IMG/VR virus record: IMGVR_UViG_2609459840_000012 | Coordinates: 1 to 30,027 of that record | Source: a virus | Lineage: Duplodnaviria; Heunggongvirae; Uroviricota; Caudoviricetes | Strand: one strand, 5' to 3' | Length of the DNA: 30,027 nucleotides | The notes under the pieces: generated by a model | The model's database searches: none | Told to the model about the DNA's origin: nothing | The model's input: the letters and a program-made list of their open reading frames with translations, nothing else | Shown: positions 16,337 to 27,098 of the stretch, one piece after another | Numbering within the stretch: position 1 is the stretch's first letter | Layout: each line of letters starts with the position of its first letter | Position numbers and translations under genes: made by a program

Positions 16337-17053
16337 ATGTCTGCTTTGTATGAACGTTCACAACTGACGCAGGTGATGATTTCATCTGCTCCGGCCACGG
16401 CTGAAACCATGGATAAGGCGGAGTATCTGCGCCTGGACTGCACCATCAAGGAAGTCCAGTTCACCGCCGGTCAGAAACAGGATATTGATGTGACCACGCT
16501 CTGCTCCACAGAGCAGGAGAACATCAACGGTCTGGGGGCGTCTTCCGAGATTTCCATGTCGGGTAATTTTTATCTGAATCAGGCCCAGAACGCCCTGCGT
16601 GATGCTTATGACAATGACGCGTTGTATGCGTTTAAGGTGCTGTTTCCGTCCGGTAAGGGCTTTAAATTCCTGGCGGAAGTGCGTCAGCACACCTGGTCAT
16701 CCGGTACCAACGGCGTGGTGGCTGCAACGTTCTCACTGCGTCTGAAAGGCAAACCGGTGTCCTTTGTGGTACCGCTGGCGTTTGTGAAAAATCTGGATAA
16801 GACACTTACCGTGAATACCGGTGCGCTGCTGACAATGTCAGTCAGTGCCAACGGGGGAACGCCGCCGTATAAATACGCCTGGAAGAAGGATGGTCAGCCG
16901 GTTGACGGGCAGACGACAGACACCTTCAGTAAGCCAGGTGCGCAGTCCGCTGATGCGGGGAAATATACCTGCGTGGTGACCGATTCGGCAGAGAAAGCAC
17001 AGAGTGTGACGTCTGTTGAATGCACCGTGACAGTGAGCGCAGCCGCCGGATAA
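16337..17053 (+). CDS. Major tail protein with C-terminal Ig-like domain (238 aa)
   Basis: ATG 16337 with AGGAGG Shine-Dalgarno (the track's TTG at 16319 is rejected); C-terminal Ig-like segment (TVNTGALLTMSVSANGGTPPYKYAWKKDGQPV...KYTCVVTD). Confidence 0.75.
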   Translation: MSALYERSQLTQVMISSAPATAETMDKAEYLRLDCTIKEVQFTAGQKQDIDVTTLCSTEQENINGLGASSEISMSGNFYLNQAQNALRDAYDNDALYAFKVLFPSGKGFKFLAEVRQHTWSSGTNGVVAATFSLRLKGKPVSFVVPLAFVKNLDKTLTVNTGALLTMSVSANGGTPPYKYAWKKDGQPVDGQTTDTFSKPGAQSADAGKYTCVVTDSAEKAQSVTSVECTVTVSAAAG

Positions 17054-17067
17054 GGGGATGGGTCATC

Positions 17068-17442
17068 ATGAAAAAGGATCTGAAAACGCTGGCGCTGGCC
17101 AGACTGTCAGGGTTTCGTCATAAAACGGTGAAGGTGCCGGAATGGGGTAATGTCAGCGTGGTGCTGCGGGAGCCTTCGGCAGAGGCCTGGTATCTGTGGC
17201 AGGAAGTGCTCAATGGTGATGGAGAGGATGACGATCCCCTGGGGGTGGGGGCAAAACCCCGCCGTAACCTGGAAGCGGATGTGACGCTGTTCTGCGATGT
17301 CCTGTGTGATACGGATCTGCAACGGGTGTTCACTCCGGACGACCGTGAGCAGGTGCTGGCCGTCTATGGTCCGGTACATGCCCGCTTGCTGCGTCAGGCA
17401 CTGGAACTGATCGCTGATGCAGAGTCGGCCAGAAAAAAGTAG
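17068..17442 (+). CDS. Tail assembly chaperone G-like (124 aa)
   Basis: ATG 17068 with GGGGA Shine-Dalgarno; acidic protein directly upstream of the tape measure gene; ends ...RKK-stop at a slippery heptamer. Confidence 0.7.
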   Translation: MKKDLKTLALARLSGFRHKTVKVPEWGNVSVVLREPSAEAWYLWQEVLNGDGEDDDPLGVGAKPRRNLEADVTLFCDVLCDTDLQRVFTPDDREQVLAVYGPVHARLLRQALELIADAESARKK

Positions 17443-17747
17443 CCCGCCCGGAAATTCGCTTTCTGATGCGACTTGCGCTCCGTCTGGGGCGCACCTTATC
17501 CGAACTGCGCCACAGCCTGAGTGCGAGCGAGGCGATGATGTGGATGGAGTTCGACAGGGTATCCCCGCTGGGTGATGAGCGCGGGGATATCCGTAATGCA
17601 CAGATCGTGAAAGCGGTTTTCGGGGCACAGGGGATGAATGTTGCACTGAAGGACGCCATGCTCTGCTGGGGCGAGGATGAGGATAAGCCGGAGGTGGATC
17701 CGTTTGCGGCGCTGGAAGACGCGCTGAGCTTTGCAGCACAGTCATGA
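17068..17747 (+). CDS. G-T fusion tail assembly chaperone made by -1 programmed frameshift at A AAA AAG (17433-17439), predicted 226 aa
   Basis: The -1 frame is open only from 17418 and runs to the TGA at 17745-17747; the slippery heptamer sits 1 nt before the G stop; the downstream frame encodes a T-like domain. Confidence 0.6.
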
Positions 17748-17756
17748 ATGATGAGA

Positions 17757-17776
17757 ACCGCTGAGGCGGTTTTTTT
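17757..17776 (+). terminator. Hairpin plus T7 (ACCGC-TGAG-GCGGT-TTTTTT) upstream of the tape measure gene
   Basis: 19 of 20 nt identical to the element at 10039-10058. Confidence 0.45.
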
Positions 17777-17794
17777 ACGCCCGGAGAAAGGTGA

Positions 17795-20700
17795 ATGGCG
17801 ACGTTACGTGAACTGATTATCAAAATTTCGGCAAATTCACAGTCATTCCAGTCGGAGATCCAGAGGGCGTCCCGTATGGGCAGTGAATATTACCGGACCC
17901 TGCAGAATGGCGGACGTCAGGCTGCTGCGGCAGCCAGGGAGCAGCGCCGGGCTCTGGCTGAGCTGAACAGCCAGTTGACGGAAATCCGCGCTTCAGCTGT
18001 CGGAATGACCGGTGCGTTTGCCGGTGCCTTTGCCACCGGACACCTGATTTCGCTGGCGGATGAATGGAGCTCCGTGAATGCCCGTCTGAAACAGGCGTCG
18101 CAGTCATCGGATGAATTTGCGTCATCACAGAAAGTGCTGATGGACATCAGCCAGCGGACAGGCACCGCATTTTCGGATAATGCGGCTCTGTTTGCCCGCT
18201 CTGCCGCCTCGATGCGTGAATATGGTTACAGTGCTGATGATGTACTGAAGGTGACGGAGGCCATTTCGACAGGGCTGAAAATTTCCGGTGCCAGTGCGGC
18301 AGAGGCGGGTTCGGTGATCACCCAGTTCAGCCAGGCGCTGGCACAGGGGGGGTTGCGCGGCGAGGAATTTAATTCTGTCAATGAAAGTGGGGACCGGATC
18401 ATTCGCGCACTGGCTGCAGGCATGGGCGTGGCCCGTAAGGATCTGAAGGCGATGGCGGACGATGGTCAACTGACGGCGGATAAAGTCGTTCCCGCGTTAA
18501 TCAGCCAGCTGGGGATATTGCGTGATGAATATGCAGCCATGCCGGAAACGGTTTCCGGTAGTATCACGAAGGTGGAAAACGCCTTTATGGCCTGGGTGGG
18601 CGGCGCGAATGAGGCCAGCGGAGCGACGAAAACGCTCTCCGGCGCGCTGAACGGTGTGGCCGGAAATATTGATACCGTGGCAACAGCTGCGGGTGTGCTG
18701 GTTGCTGTCGGGGTGGCCCGGTACTTTGGTAATCTGGCTTCCGGAGCGATGTCTGCCACGGCAGGACTTGTGACCGCTGCACGTAATGAAGTGGCACTGG
18801 CTGAGGCCCAGTTAAGGGGAACGCAGATTGCCACTGCGCGGGCAAGGGCAGCCGTGTACCGGGCTCAGCAGGCTGTGGCGGCAGCCCGCGGGACTGAGAT
18901 GCAGATTGCGGCAGAGGCCCGTCTGGCGGTCACACAGGAACGCCTGAACAGAAATATTGCTGCCAGAACCGCCGCCCAGAATGCGCTGAACAGTACAACG
19001 GCGGTGGGCTCACGTCTGATGAGCGGTGCGCTGGGACTGGTTGGCGGTATCCCCGGACTGGTCATGCTGGGTGCAGCAGCATGGTACACGCTGTACCAGA
19101 ATCAGGAGCAGGCCATGGAGTCTGCGCGCCAGTATGCACTGACGATTGATGAAATCGCGCATAAAACGCCGTCAATGTCTTTGCCTGAAGCCTCAGATAA
19201 TGAAGGACGAACACGGGAGGCGCTGACAGAGCAGAACCGGCTGATTGATGAGCAGGCCAGCCGGGTGAAATCCCTGCAGGAAAAAATCGCCGGGTATCAG
19301 TATGTGCTGGCTAATCCTGGCTGGACGACAGATAACGGCTTCATGATAAACCATCTGACATCGGTGAAAACTGTAACGGAAGGGCTTGCTCAGGCAACAG
19401 AGCAGCTTGCCGTTGAGCAGTCCCGTCTGGCACAGATGCAGGAAAAAGCGCAGTCCATTCAGGATGTGCTTGCCGGACTGGAAGAGCGCCGTGTTGTGTT
19501 AATTCGTCAGCAGGCAGCAGAGCAGAATAAAGCGTATCAGTCACTGCTGGTCATGAACGGCCAGCATACGGAATTCAACCGCCTGCTGGGGCTGGGTAAT
19601 GAACTGCTGCAACAGCGTCAGGGACTGGCGAGTGTACCGCTGCGACTGCCACAGGCCACTCTGGATGATAAACAGCAGAGCGCCCTGAATAACACAGAGC
19701 GTCAACTGGCCCTGTCCCGGCTGAAAGGGGAAGAAAAAGAGCGTGCCCGGCTGGGGTATGCGGCGGATGACCTTGGTCTGGTGGGGGATACGTATCAGGA
19801 GGCGAGGCAGCGTTACATCCGTAATTCGATGGAAGCCTGGCGCAATAATGAGGCGAATAAACCCAAATCCCGGGGCGGAAAATCTGAGACGGAAAAAGCG
19901 GAAGACAGTTTTTCCCGTCTGCTGAAGCAGCAGAAGGAACAACTGGCACTGGCAGGGAAGAATACAGAACTGGCGAAGCTGAAGTACCAGACCTCGCAGG
20001 GCGAGCTGAAAATCCTGACGGAGATACAGAAGCAGGAGCTGCTGCGCAATGCTGCCCTGATTGACCAGAAGAAAATCCGGGAGCAGTTACGGGCCCGGGA
20101 GGAGACCCTGAAAAATGATAATGCAGACGCAAGGGCATCAAATGACGCAGAGCTGCTGGGATACGGGCAGGGTGAGCGGATCCGAGAACGGATGCGGGAG
20201 CTGAAGCAGATTCGTGACGGCTACCGCCAGAAGGATGCGGACCTGCAGTCTCAGTATCAGACAGGGGATATCAGTGAGGATTTTTACAGACAGGCGCTGG
20301 CGCAGAATGCGCAGTATCTGAGTGAGCGCCTTAAAGACCAGGAGGCTTTTTATGCCGAATCGGATGCGCAGCGTGCTGACTGGCAGAAAGGGCTGCAGGA
20401 AGGGCTAAGTAACTGGGTGGACAGCGCATCAGATTACGCTTCACAGGCAGCACAGCTTGCGACAGACGGTATCTCAGGGATGGTGAATAACATCACGGAG
20501 ATGCTGAACGGAAATAAAGTGGAATGGCGCAGCTGGGCTGCATTAATCCTGCAGGAAATATCAAAAGTTCTTATGAATGCGGCCATTGTCAACGGCATTA
20601 AGATGGCGGCAAACAGTATGTCCGGTGCAGGAGGATTTTTCGGCAGTATAGGCAACTGGCTGGGTGGCGCGGTGGCAAATGCAAAAGGCGGCGTTTATAC

Positions 20701-21037
20701 CTCGGCAAACCTGAGTGCATACAGTAACAGTATTGTGGACACGCCCACGTACTTTGCCTTTGCAAAAGGGGCAGGGCTGATGGGGGAGGCCGGACCTGAA
20801 GCCATAATGCCTCTGACCCGGGCAGCGGATGGTTCACTCGGCGTGCGTGCGGTGGGCAGTATGAACGGCAGTGCGGGTCTGGTGTATTCCCCGGTGTACC
20901 ACATCGCCATTCAGAATGACGGCGCTAACGGGCAGATAGGGCCGGAAGCGGCGGGCACCCTTGTGCAACTGATTGACCAGCGGGGACAGGCGGTGATGTT
21001 ATCCATGCGTCGTGACGGAGGAATGCTGAGTGGATGA
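17795..21037 (+). CDS. Tail tape measure protein (1080 aa)
   Basis: Length, Ala/Gln-rich coiled-coil composition, hydrophobic Gly-rich segment, position after G/T. Confidence 0.9.
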   Translation: MATLRELIIKISANSQSFQSEIQRASRMGSEYYRTLQNGGRQAAAAAREQRRALAELNSQLTEIRASAVGMTGAFAGAFATGHLISLADEWSSVNARLKQASQSSDEFASSQKVLMDISQRTGTAFSDNAALFARSAASMREYGYSADDVLKVTEAISTGLKISGASAAEAGSVITQFSQALAQGGLRGEEFNSVNESGDRIIRALAAGMGVARKDLKAMADDGQLTADKVVPALISQLGILRDEYAAMPETVSGSITKVENAFMAWVGGANEASGATKTLSGALNGVAGNIDTVATAAGVLVAVGVARYFGNLASGAMSATAGLVTAARNEVALAEAQLRGTQIATARARAAVYRAQQAVAAARGTEMQIAAEARLAVTQERLNRNIAARTAAQNALNSTTAVGSRLMSGALGLVGGIPGLVMLGAAAWYTLYQNQEQAMESARQYALTIDEIAHKTPSMSLPEASDNEGRTREALTEQNRLIDEQASRVKSLQEKIAGYQYVLANPGWTTDNGFMINHLTSVKTVTEGLAQATEQLAVEQSRLAQMQEKAQSIQDVLAGLEERRVVLIRQQAAEQNKAYQSLLVMNGQHTEFNRLLGLGNELLQQRQGLASVPLRLPQATLDDKQQSALNNTERQLALSRLKGEEKERARLGYAADDLGLVGDTYQEARQRYIRNSMEAWRNNEANKPKSRGGKSETEKAEDSFSRLLKQQKEQLALAGKNTELAKLKYQTSQGELKILTEIQKQELLRNAALIDQKKIREQLRAREETLKNDNADARASNDAELLGYGQGERIRERMRELKQIRDGYRQKDADLQSQYQTGDISEDFYRQALAQNAQYLSERLKDQEAFYAESDAQRADWQKGLQEGLSNWVDSASDYASQAAQLATDGISGMVNNITEMLNGNKVEWRSWAALILQEISKVLMNAAIVNGIKMAANSMSGAGGFFGSIGNWLGGAVANAKGGVYTSANLSAYSNSIVDTPTYFAFAKGAGLMGEAGPEAIMPLTRAADGSLGVRAVGSMNGSAGLVYSPVYHIAIQNDGANGQIGPEAAGTLVQLIDQRGQAVMLSMRRDGGMLSG

Positions 21038-21371
21038 GATTAAGACCCTTCACTGGTGTCCCCGGGAAGGGATGCAGGTGACGGAGAAACCGTCGGTGGT
21101 GACGGTGAAGTTTGGCGACGGTTATCAGCAGCGTCGTCCGGCAGGACTGAATGCGCAACTGAAGACCTTTCAGGTGGTTTTTCGGGTGACAACGGATGCT
21201 GAGCGGGAGGCACTGTCCGCGTTTCTGTCATGGCATGGTGGTTACCGGGCTTTTTTGTGGAAGCCCCCGAAACATAACCGGACGGTCAGGGTGGTGTGCC
21301 GGGAGTGGAGTATTACGGATAACGCCCGGTACAGTGATTTCAGTTGCACGATAGAGCAGGTGGTGAACTGA
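21030..21371 (+). CDS. Minor tail protein, lambda M-like (113 aa)
   Basis: GTG start; motifs VKFGDGYQQRRPAGLNAQLKT and IEQVVN collinear with lambda gpM as I recall it. Confidence 0.85.
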   Translation: MDEIKTLHWCPREGMQVTEKPSVVTVKFGDGYQQRRPAGLNAQLKTFQVVFRVTTDAEREALSAFLSWHGGYRAFLWKPPKHNRTVRVVCREWSITDNARYSDFSCTIEQVVN

Positions 21372-22069
21372 TGCAGGATATTCATGAAGAAAGTCTTAAC
21401 GAGTCGGTTAAATCAGAGCAGTCACCGCGGGTGGTGCTCTGGGAAATTGACCTGACGGTGCAGGGCGGTGAGCGCTATTTTTTCTGCAATGAGCTGAATG
21501 AAAAAGGGGAGCCGGTGACCTGGCAGGGGCGGGAATATCAGGCATACCCGATTGACGGCAGCGGCTTTGAGATGAACGGAAAGGGCAGCAGTGCCCGCCC
21601 GTCGCTGACGGTGTCCAATCTGTTTGGTCTTGTCACCGGGATGGCGGAGGACCTGCAGAGTCTGGTGGGTGCCACGGTGGTCCGCCGCCGGGTGTATGCG
21701 CGTTTTCTGGATGCGGTGAATTTTGTGGCGGGCAATCCGGAAGCGGACCCGGAGCAGGAGCTGAGCGACCGCTGGGTGGTGGAGCAGTTATCAGAGCTGA
21801 CGGCCATGAAGGCCTCGTTTGTGCTGGCCACACCGACCGAGACGGACGGGGCGCTGTTTCCCGGTCGCATCATGCTGGCGAACACCTGTATGTGGACCTA
21901 CCGCTCTGATGAGTGTGGTTACACGGGCGGGGCGGTGGCGGATGAGTTCGATAAACCCACCACGGATATCCGTAAGGACAGATGCAGCAAGTGCATGCGC
22001 GGGTGTGAGCTGCGCGGCATGGTGGCTAATTTCGGCGGTTTCCTTTCCATTAATAAACTTTCGCAGTAA
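21371..22069 (+). CDS. Minor tail protein, lambda L-like (232 aa)
   Basis: Begins MQDIHEESLNE; motifs VVLWEIDLT, GERYFFCNE, CMWTYRSDECGYTG and ending GGFLSINKLSQ match lambda gpL including the cysteine cluster. Confidence 0.9.
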   Translation: MQDIHEESLNESVKSEQSPRVVLWEIDLTVQGGERYFFCNELNEKGEPVTWQGREYQAYPIDGSGFEMNGKGSSARPSLTVSNLFGLVTGMAEDLQSLVGATVVRRRVYARFLDAVNFVAGNPEADPEQELSDRWVVEQLSELTAMKASFVLATPTETDGALFPGRIMLANTCMWTYRSDECGYTGGAVADEFDKPTTDIRKDRCSKCMRGCELRGMVANFGGFLSINKLSQ

Positions 22070-22079
22070 ATCCCATTTT

Positions 22080-22823
22080 ATGACACAGACTGAATCAGCG
22101 ATTCTGGCGCATGCCCGGCGGTGTGCGCCTGCGGAGTCGTGCGGCTTCGTGATAAGCACGCCGGAGGGGGAGCGGTATATCCCTTGTGTGAATATTTCCG
22201 CAGAGCCGGAGGCGTATTTTCGTATCGCACCGGAAGACTGGCTGCGGGCAGAGATACAGGGGGAGATTGTGGCACTGGTCCACGGTCATCCCGGTGAGCT
22301 GCCCTGGCTGAGCGAGGCTGACCGGCGGCTGCAGATAAAAAGCGCACTGCCCTGGTGGCTGGTCTGCCGGGGGGAAATTCATAAATTCCGCTGTGTGCCA
22401 CATCTGACAGGACGGCGCTTTGAGCACGGGGTGACGGACTGTTACACGCTGTTCCGGGATGCATACCATCTGGCGGGAATTGATATGCCGGATTTTCATC
22501 GCGAGGATGACTGGTGGCGCAACGGCCAGAACCTGTACCTGGACAATATGGCAGTCACCGGCTTTTACCGGGTGCCCCTGTCCTCTGCACAGCCGGGCGA
22601 TATCCTGCTGTGCTGCTTCGGCGCATCGGTGGCTAATCATGCCGCCATTTACTGCGGCAACGGTGAACTGCTTCACCATATTCCTGAACAACTGAGTAAA
22701 CGGGAGAGGTATTCCGAAAAATGGCAACGACGAACGCATTCTGTCTGGCGTCACCGCCACTGGCACACATCTGCCTTCACGGGGATTTACAACGATTTGG
22801 CCGCCGCCTCAGCCTGTATGTGA
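22080..22823 (+). CDS. Tail assembly protein, lambda K-like (MPN/JAB plus NlpC/P60-type domains), 247 aa
   Basis: ATG 22080 (the track's upstream extension from 21819 is rejected); HGHPGE metalloprotease-type motif and a Cys/His hydrolase-type segment; overlaps the I gene by about 100 bp. Confidence 0.8.
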   Translation: MTQTESAILAHARRCAPAESCGFVISTPEGERYIPCVNISAEPEAYFRIAPEDWLRAEIQGEIVALVHGHPGELPWLSEADRRLQIKSALPWWLVCRGEIHKFRCVPHLTGRRFEHGVTDCYTLFRDAYHLAGIDMPDFHREDDWWRNGQNLYLDNMAVTGFYRVPLSSAQPGDILLCCFGASVANHAAIYCGNGELLHHIPEQLSKRERYSEKWQRRTHSVWRHRHWHTSAFTGIYNDLAAASACM

Positions 22824-23401
22824 ACACGGCAGCGGAAGCCATTCGCGCCCTGTCGATGCAGATGCCGGGCTTTCGCCTTCAGATGAACGAAGGCTGGTAC
22901 CAGATACGTATTGCCGGTGAAGACACGGCACCGGAGGTGGTGTACGCCCGCCTTCACGAACAGCTGGGTGAGGGAACGGTCATCCACATTGTGCCGCGAC
23001 TGGCCGGGGCCGGAAAGGGTGGACTGCAGATTGTGTTGGGGGCGGCAGCCATCGTGGGCTCTTTCTTCACGGCCGGAGGCTCGATGGCGTTATGGGGTAC
23101 AGCCCTGAGTGCCGGCGGTTTTTCTGCCACCACGATGCTGTTTTCACTGGGGGCCAGCATGATACTGGGTGGTGTGGCCCAGATGCTGGCCCCGAAGGCA
23201 AAAACACCGGAGTACAGGGCGACGGATAACGGCAAACAGAACACGTACTTTTCCTCGCTGGATAACATGATTGCCCAGGGGAACCCGATGCCGGTGCCTT
23301 ACGGGGAAATGCTGGTTGGCTCCCGCCGTATATCCCAGGACATCAGCACCCGTGATGAAGGCGGGGGCGGAAAGGTCGTGGTTATCGGGCGACAGGGATA
23401 A
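22721..23401 (+). CDS. Tail assembly protein, lambda I-like (226 aa)
   Basis: N-terminus CLHGDLQRFGRR and C-terminal DNGKQNTYFSSLDNM...YGEM.VGSR collinear with lambda gpI. Confidence 0.85.
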   Translation: MATTNAFCLASPPLAHICLHGDLQRFGRRLSLYVNTAAEAIRALSMQMPGFRLQMNEGWYQIRIAGEDTAPEVVYARLHEQLGEGTVIHIVPRLAGAGKGGLQIVLGAAAIVGSFFTAGGSMALWGTALSAGGFSATTMLFSLGASMILGGVAQMLAPKAKTPEYRATDNGKQNTYFSSLDNMIAQGNPMPVPYGEMLVGSRRISQDISTRDEGGGGKVVVIGRQG

Positions 23402-23641
23402 AACATAAAAAAATCCCGCAGTGATCGCGGAGCTGCGGGGACAGACAAATGAAGATCAATGTGAAGGAGTTGTTTTTGTTACTTGGGCAAAAAAACACTA
23501 ACGCAGCGAAATTATAAGCGCCACAGTCAGTGTGTGAAAATGTGAAGATATTCAGAAATTTTATTCCGTCATGACGCAGGCACCCGGTGAGGTGCCTGTT
23601 GTTTTTGTGAGTGAACAATTATCACGGTAAGAGGTGATGTA

Positions 23642-26600
23642 ATGGGCAAAGGTGGCGGCAGGGCGCACACACCGCGTGAGGCGAAAGACAATCTCAAATC
23701 CACGCAGATGATGAGCGTGATTGATGCGATTGGTGAGGGACCGATAGAAGGCCCGGTGAAAGGCCTGCAGAGTATTCTGGTGAACAAAACCCCGCTGACG
23801 GACACGGACGGTAATCCCGTGATACACGGTGTGACCGCGGTCTGGCGTGCCGGGGAGCAGGAGCAGACACCACCGGAAGGCTTTGAGTCCTCCGGCTCTG
23901 AAACTGTACTGGGTGTCGAAGTGACCAGGGCAAAACCGGTAACACGCACCATTACGTCAGCGAACATTGACCGCCTGCGGGTGACCTTCGGGGTGCAGTC
24001 ACTGGTGGAGACCACGTCAAAGGGTGACCGTAATCCGTCCTCTGTCCGTCTGCTGATTCAGTTACAGCGTAACGGTAACTGGGTGACAGAAAAGGATGTC
24101 ACCATTAACGGCAAGACCACCTCACAGTTCCTGGCCTCGGTGATTCTGGATAATCTGCCGCCCCGGCCCTTTAACATCCGGATGGTCAGGGAGACGGCGG
24201 ACAGCACCACGGACCAGCTGCAGAACAGAACGCTGTGGTCGTCATACACCGAAATCATCGATGTGAAACAGAGCTACCCGAACACGGCCATTGTGGGGCT
24301 GCAGGTGGATGCGGAGCAGTTCGGTGGCCAGCAGATGACGGTGAACTACCATATCCGCGGTCGCATCATCCAGGTGCCGTCAAACTACGACCCGGAAAAA
24401 CGCACTTACAGCGGTATCTGGGACGGCAGTCTGAAACCGGCATACAGCAACAATCCGGCCTGGTGCCTGTGGGACATGCTGACTCACCCGCGCTACGGCA
24501 TGGGAAAACGTCTGGGGGCGGCGGATGTGGACAAGTGGGCGCTGTATGCCATCGGGCAGTACTGTGACCAGCGTGTCCCGGATGGCTTCGGAGGGACAGA
24601 GCCGCGGATGACGTTTAATGCGTACCTGTCACAGCAGCGTAAGGCATGGGATGTGCTCTGCGATTTCTGCTCGGCGATGCGCTGTATGCCGGTATGGAAC
24701 GGCCAGACGCTGACGTTCGTTCAGGACCGCCCGTCGGATGTGGTGTGGCCGTACACCAACAGCGATGTGGTGGTGGATGATAACGGCGTGGGGTTCCGCT
24801 ACAGCTTCAGTGCCCTGAAGGACCGGCACACGGCGGTGGAGGTGAATTACACCGACCCGCAGAACGGCTGGCAGACCTCCACGGAACTGGTGGAAGACCC
24901 TGAAGCCATACTGCGCTACGGACGCAACCTGCTGAAGATGGATGCGTTCGGCTGTACCAGCCGCGGTCAGGCCCACCGTGCCGGGCTGTGGGTGATAAAG
25001 ACCGGACTGCTGGAAACGCAGACGGTGGATTTCACGCTCGGGTCACAGGGGCTGCGGCACACGCCCGGTGACATCATTGAAATCTGTGATAACGACTATG
25101 CCGGGACCCTGACCGGCGGACGTATCCTGTCCATTGATGCCGCCAGCCGCACCCTGACACTGGACCGTGAGGTGACGCTTCCGCAGACCGGTACCGCCAC
25201 GGTGAACCTGATTAACGGCAGCGGTAAGCCGGTGAGTGTGGACATCACGGCACAACCGGCCCCTGCCCGGATACAGGTCAGTGCCCTGCCTGATGGCGTG
25301 GCGACATACGGTGTGTGGGGACTCTCCCTGCCGTCACTGCGCCGTCGCCTGTTCCGCTGTGTCGCCATCCGGGAAAACACGGACGGCACCTTTGCCATCA
25401 CGGCGGTGCAGCACGTACCGGAAAAAGAAGCCATCGTGGATAACGGGGCCAGCTTTGAGCCGCAGTCAGGCACCCTGAACAGCGTTATCCCTCCGGCAGT
25501 GCAGCACCTCACGGTGGAGGTGAGTGCCTCAGACGGCCAGTATCTGGCGCAGGCGAAATGGGACACGCCGCGGGTGGTGAAAGGTGTGAGCTTCAGTCTG
25601 CGTCTGACCAGCGGAAGGGGGGATGACAGCCGCCTGGTGACCACCGCCATCACCGCAGACACGGCGCACCGTTTCAGTGGTCTGCCGCCCGGGGAATACA
25701 CCCTGACGGTCAGGGCGATTAACAGCTATGGCCAGCAGGGCGAACCTGCCACCACCACGTTCCGGATTGACGCCCCGGCAGCGCCTGCCACCATTGAACT
25801 GATACCGGGGTATTTTCAGATAACGGCGGTCCCGAAACTGGCTGTATATGACCCGACGGTACAGTTTGAATTCTGGTTTTCGGAACAGCAGATTGCGGAT
25901 ATCAGGCAGGTTGAAACCTCCGCCCGCTATCTTGGCACGGCGCTGTACTGGATAGCTGCCAGTATCAATATCAAACCGGGCCATGATTATTACTTTTATA
26001 TCCGCAGTGTGAACACCGTTGGCAAATCGGCATTTGTGGAGGCCGTCGGCCGGGCTAGCGATGATGCCGAAGGCTACCTGAATTTTTACAAAGAGCTGAT
26101 TAATAAAACACATCTCGGTAAAGAGCTGCTGGAAAACGCTGAACTGACGGAAGATAACGCCAGCAGACTGGAGGCGTTTTCGAAAGAGTGGAAAGACGCT
26201 AACGATAAATGGAATGCCATGTGGGGCGTCAGAATTGAGCAGACCGAAGACGGTAAGCATTATGTCGCGGGGCTTGGCCTCAGCATGGAGGACACGGAGG
26301 ACGGTAAACTGAGCCAGTTTCTGGTTGCCGCTAACCGTATCGCGTTTATTGACCCGGCAAACGGGAATGAAACGCCGATGTTTGTGGCGCAGGGCAATCA
26401 GATATTCATGAACGACGTGTTCCTGAAATACCTGACGGCTCCGACCATTACCAGCGGCGGTAATCCTCCGGCATTTTCCCTGACACCGGATGGGCGGCTG
26501 ACGGCGAAAAATGCCGATATCAGCGGTAACGTGAATGCGAACTCCGGGACGCTCAACAACGTCACGATTAACGAGAACTGTCGGGTTCTGGGAAAACTGT

Positions 26601-27031
26601 CCGCGAACCAGATTGAAGGCGATCTCGTTAAAACAGTGGGCAAAGCTTTCCCCCGGGACTCCCGTGCACCGGAACGGTGGCCATCAGGGACCATTACCGT
26701 CAGGGTTTATGACGATCAGCCGTTTGACCGGCAGATTGTTATTCCTGCGGTGGCATTCAGCGGCGCTAAACATGAGAGAGAGCATACTGATATTTACTCC
26801 TCATGCCGTCTGATAGTGCGGAAAAACGGTGCTGAAATTTATAACCGTACCGCGCTGGATAATACGCTGATTTACAGTGGCGTTATTGATATGCCTGCCG
26901 GTCACGGTCACATGACGCTGGAGTTTTCGGTGTCAGCATGGCTGGTAAATGACTGGTATCCCACAGCAAGTATCAGCGATTTGCTGGTTGTGGTGATGAA
27001 GAAAGCCACCGCAGGCATCAGTATCAGCTGA
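23642..27031 (+). CDS. Host specificity / central tail fibre protein, lambda J-like (1129 aa)
   Basis: Length and collinearity with lambda gpJ; C-terminus ...[14 protein letters not shown] resembles the lambda J receptor-binding end as recalled. Confidence 0.9.
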   Translation: MGKGGGRAHTPREAKDNLKSTQMMSVIDAIGEGPIEGPVKGLQSILVNKTPLTDTDGNPVIHGVTAVWRAGEQEQTPPEGFESSGSETVLGVEVTRAKPVTRTITSANIDRLRVTFGVQSLVETTSKGDRNPSSVRLLIQLQRNGNWVTEKDVTINGKTTSQFLASVILDNLPPRPFNIRMVRETADSTTDQLQNRTLWSSYTEIIDVKQSYPNTAIVGLQVDAEQFGGQQMTVNYHIRGRIIQVPSNYDPEKRTYSGIWDGSLKPAYSNNPAWCLWDMLTHPRYGMGKRLGAADVDKWALYAIGQYCDQRVPDGFGGTEPRMTFNAYLSQQRKAWDVLCDFCSAMRCMPVWNGQTLTFVQDRPSDVVWPYTNSDVVVDDNGVGFRYSFSALKDRHTAVEVNYTDPQNGWQTSTELVEDPEAILRYGRNLLKMDAFGCTSRGQAHRAGLWVIKTGLLETQTVDFTLGSQGLRHTPGDIIEICDNDYAGTLTGGRILSIDAASRTLTLDREVTLPQTGTATVNLINGSGKPVSVDITAQPAPARIQVSALPDGVATYGVWGLSLPSLRRRLFRCVAIRENTDGTFAITAVQHVPEKEAIVDNGASFEPQSGTLNSVIPPAVQHLTVEVSASDGQYLAQAKWDTPRVVKGVSFSLRLTSGRGDDSRLVTTAITADTAHRFSGLPPGEYTLTVRAINSYGQQGEPATTTFRIDAPAAPATIELIPGYFQITAVPKLAVYDPTVQFEFWFSEQQIADIRQVETSARYLGTALYWIAASINIKPGHDYYFYIRSVNTVGKSAFVEAVGRASDDAEGYLNFYKELINKTHLGKELLENAELTEDNASRLEAFSKEWKDANDKWNAMWGVRIEQTEDGKHYVAGLGLSMEDTEDGKLSQFLVAANRIAFIDPANGNETPMFVAQGNQIFMNDVFLKYLTAPTITSGGNPPAFSLTPDGRLTAKNADISGNVNANSGTLNNVTINENCRVLGKLSANQIEGDLVKTVGKAFPRDSRAPERWPSGTITVRVYDDQPFDRQIVIPAVAFSGAKHEREHTDIYSSCRLIVRKNGAEIYNRTALDNTLIYSGVIDMPAGHGHMTLEFSVSAWLVNDWYPTASISDLLVVVMKKATAGISIS

Positions 27032-27050
27032 ATTTTATAACCCATATAAG

Positions 27051-27077
27051 GGCACCAGAAATGGTGCCTTTTTTATT
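27051..27077 (+). terminator. Intrinsic terminator after J (GGCACC-agaaat-GGTGCC + T6)
   Basis: Perfect 6-bp GC-rich stem followed by TTTTTTATT. Confidence 0.7.
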
Positions 27078-27098
27078 GCAGAAAAGCGAGAGGTAATT

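Noticed and set aside
17107-17823. 238-aa minus-strand ORF overlapping the G and T chaperone genes
   Set aside because: Antisense shadow ORF in a GC-rich region; Pro/Arg/Ser-rich low-complexity translation; the plus-strand genes have couplings and ribosome-binding sites.
21819-22079. Upstream extension of the K-like ORF (track start at 21819)
   Set aside because: The extension overlaps the end of L in another frame and has an implausible Cys/Arg-rich sequence; ATG 22080 gives the lambda K-like N-terminus.
25529-26260. 243-aa minus-strand ORF inside J (and similar antisense ORFs at 10063-10530, 11989-12564, 19575-20141, 27992-28552, 28568-29122)
   Set aside because: All lie fully inside well-supported plus-strand structural genes and have biased, low-complexity translations typical of shadow frames.
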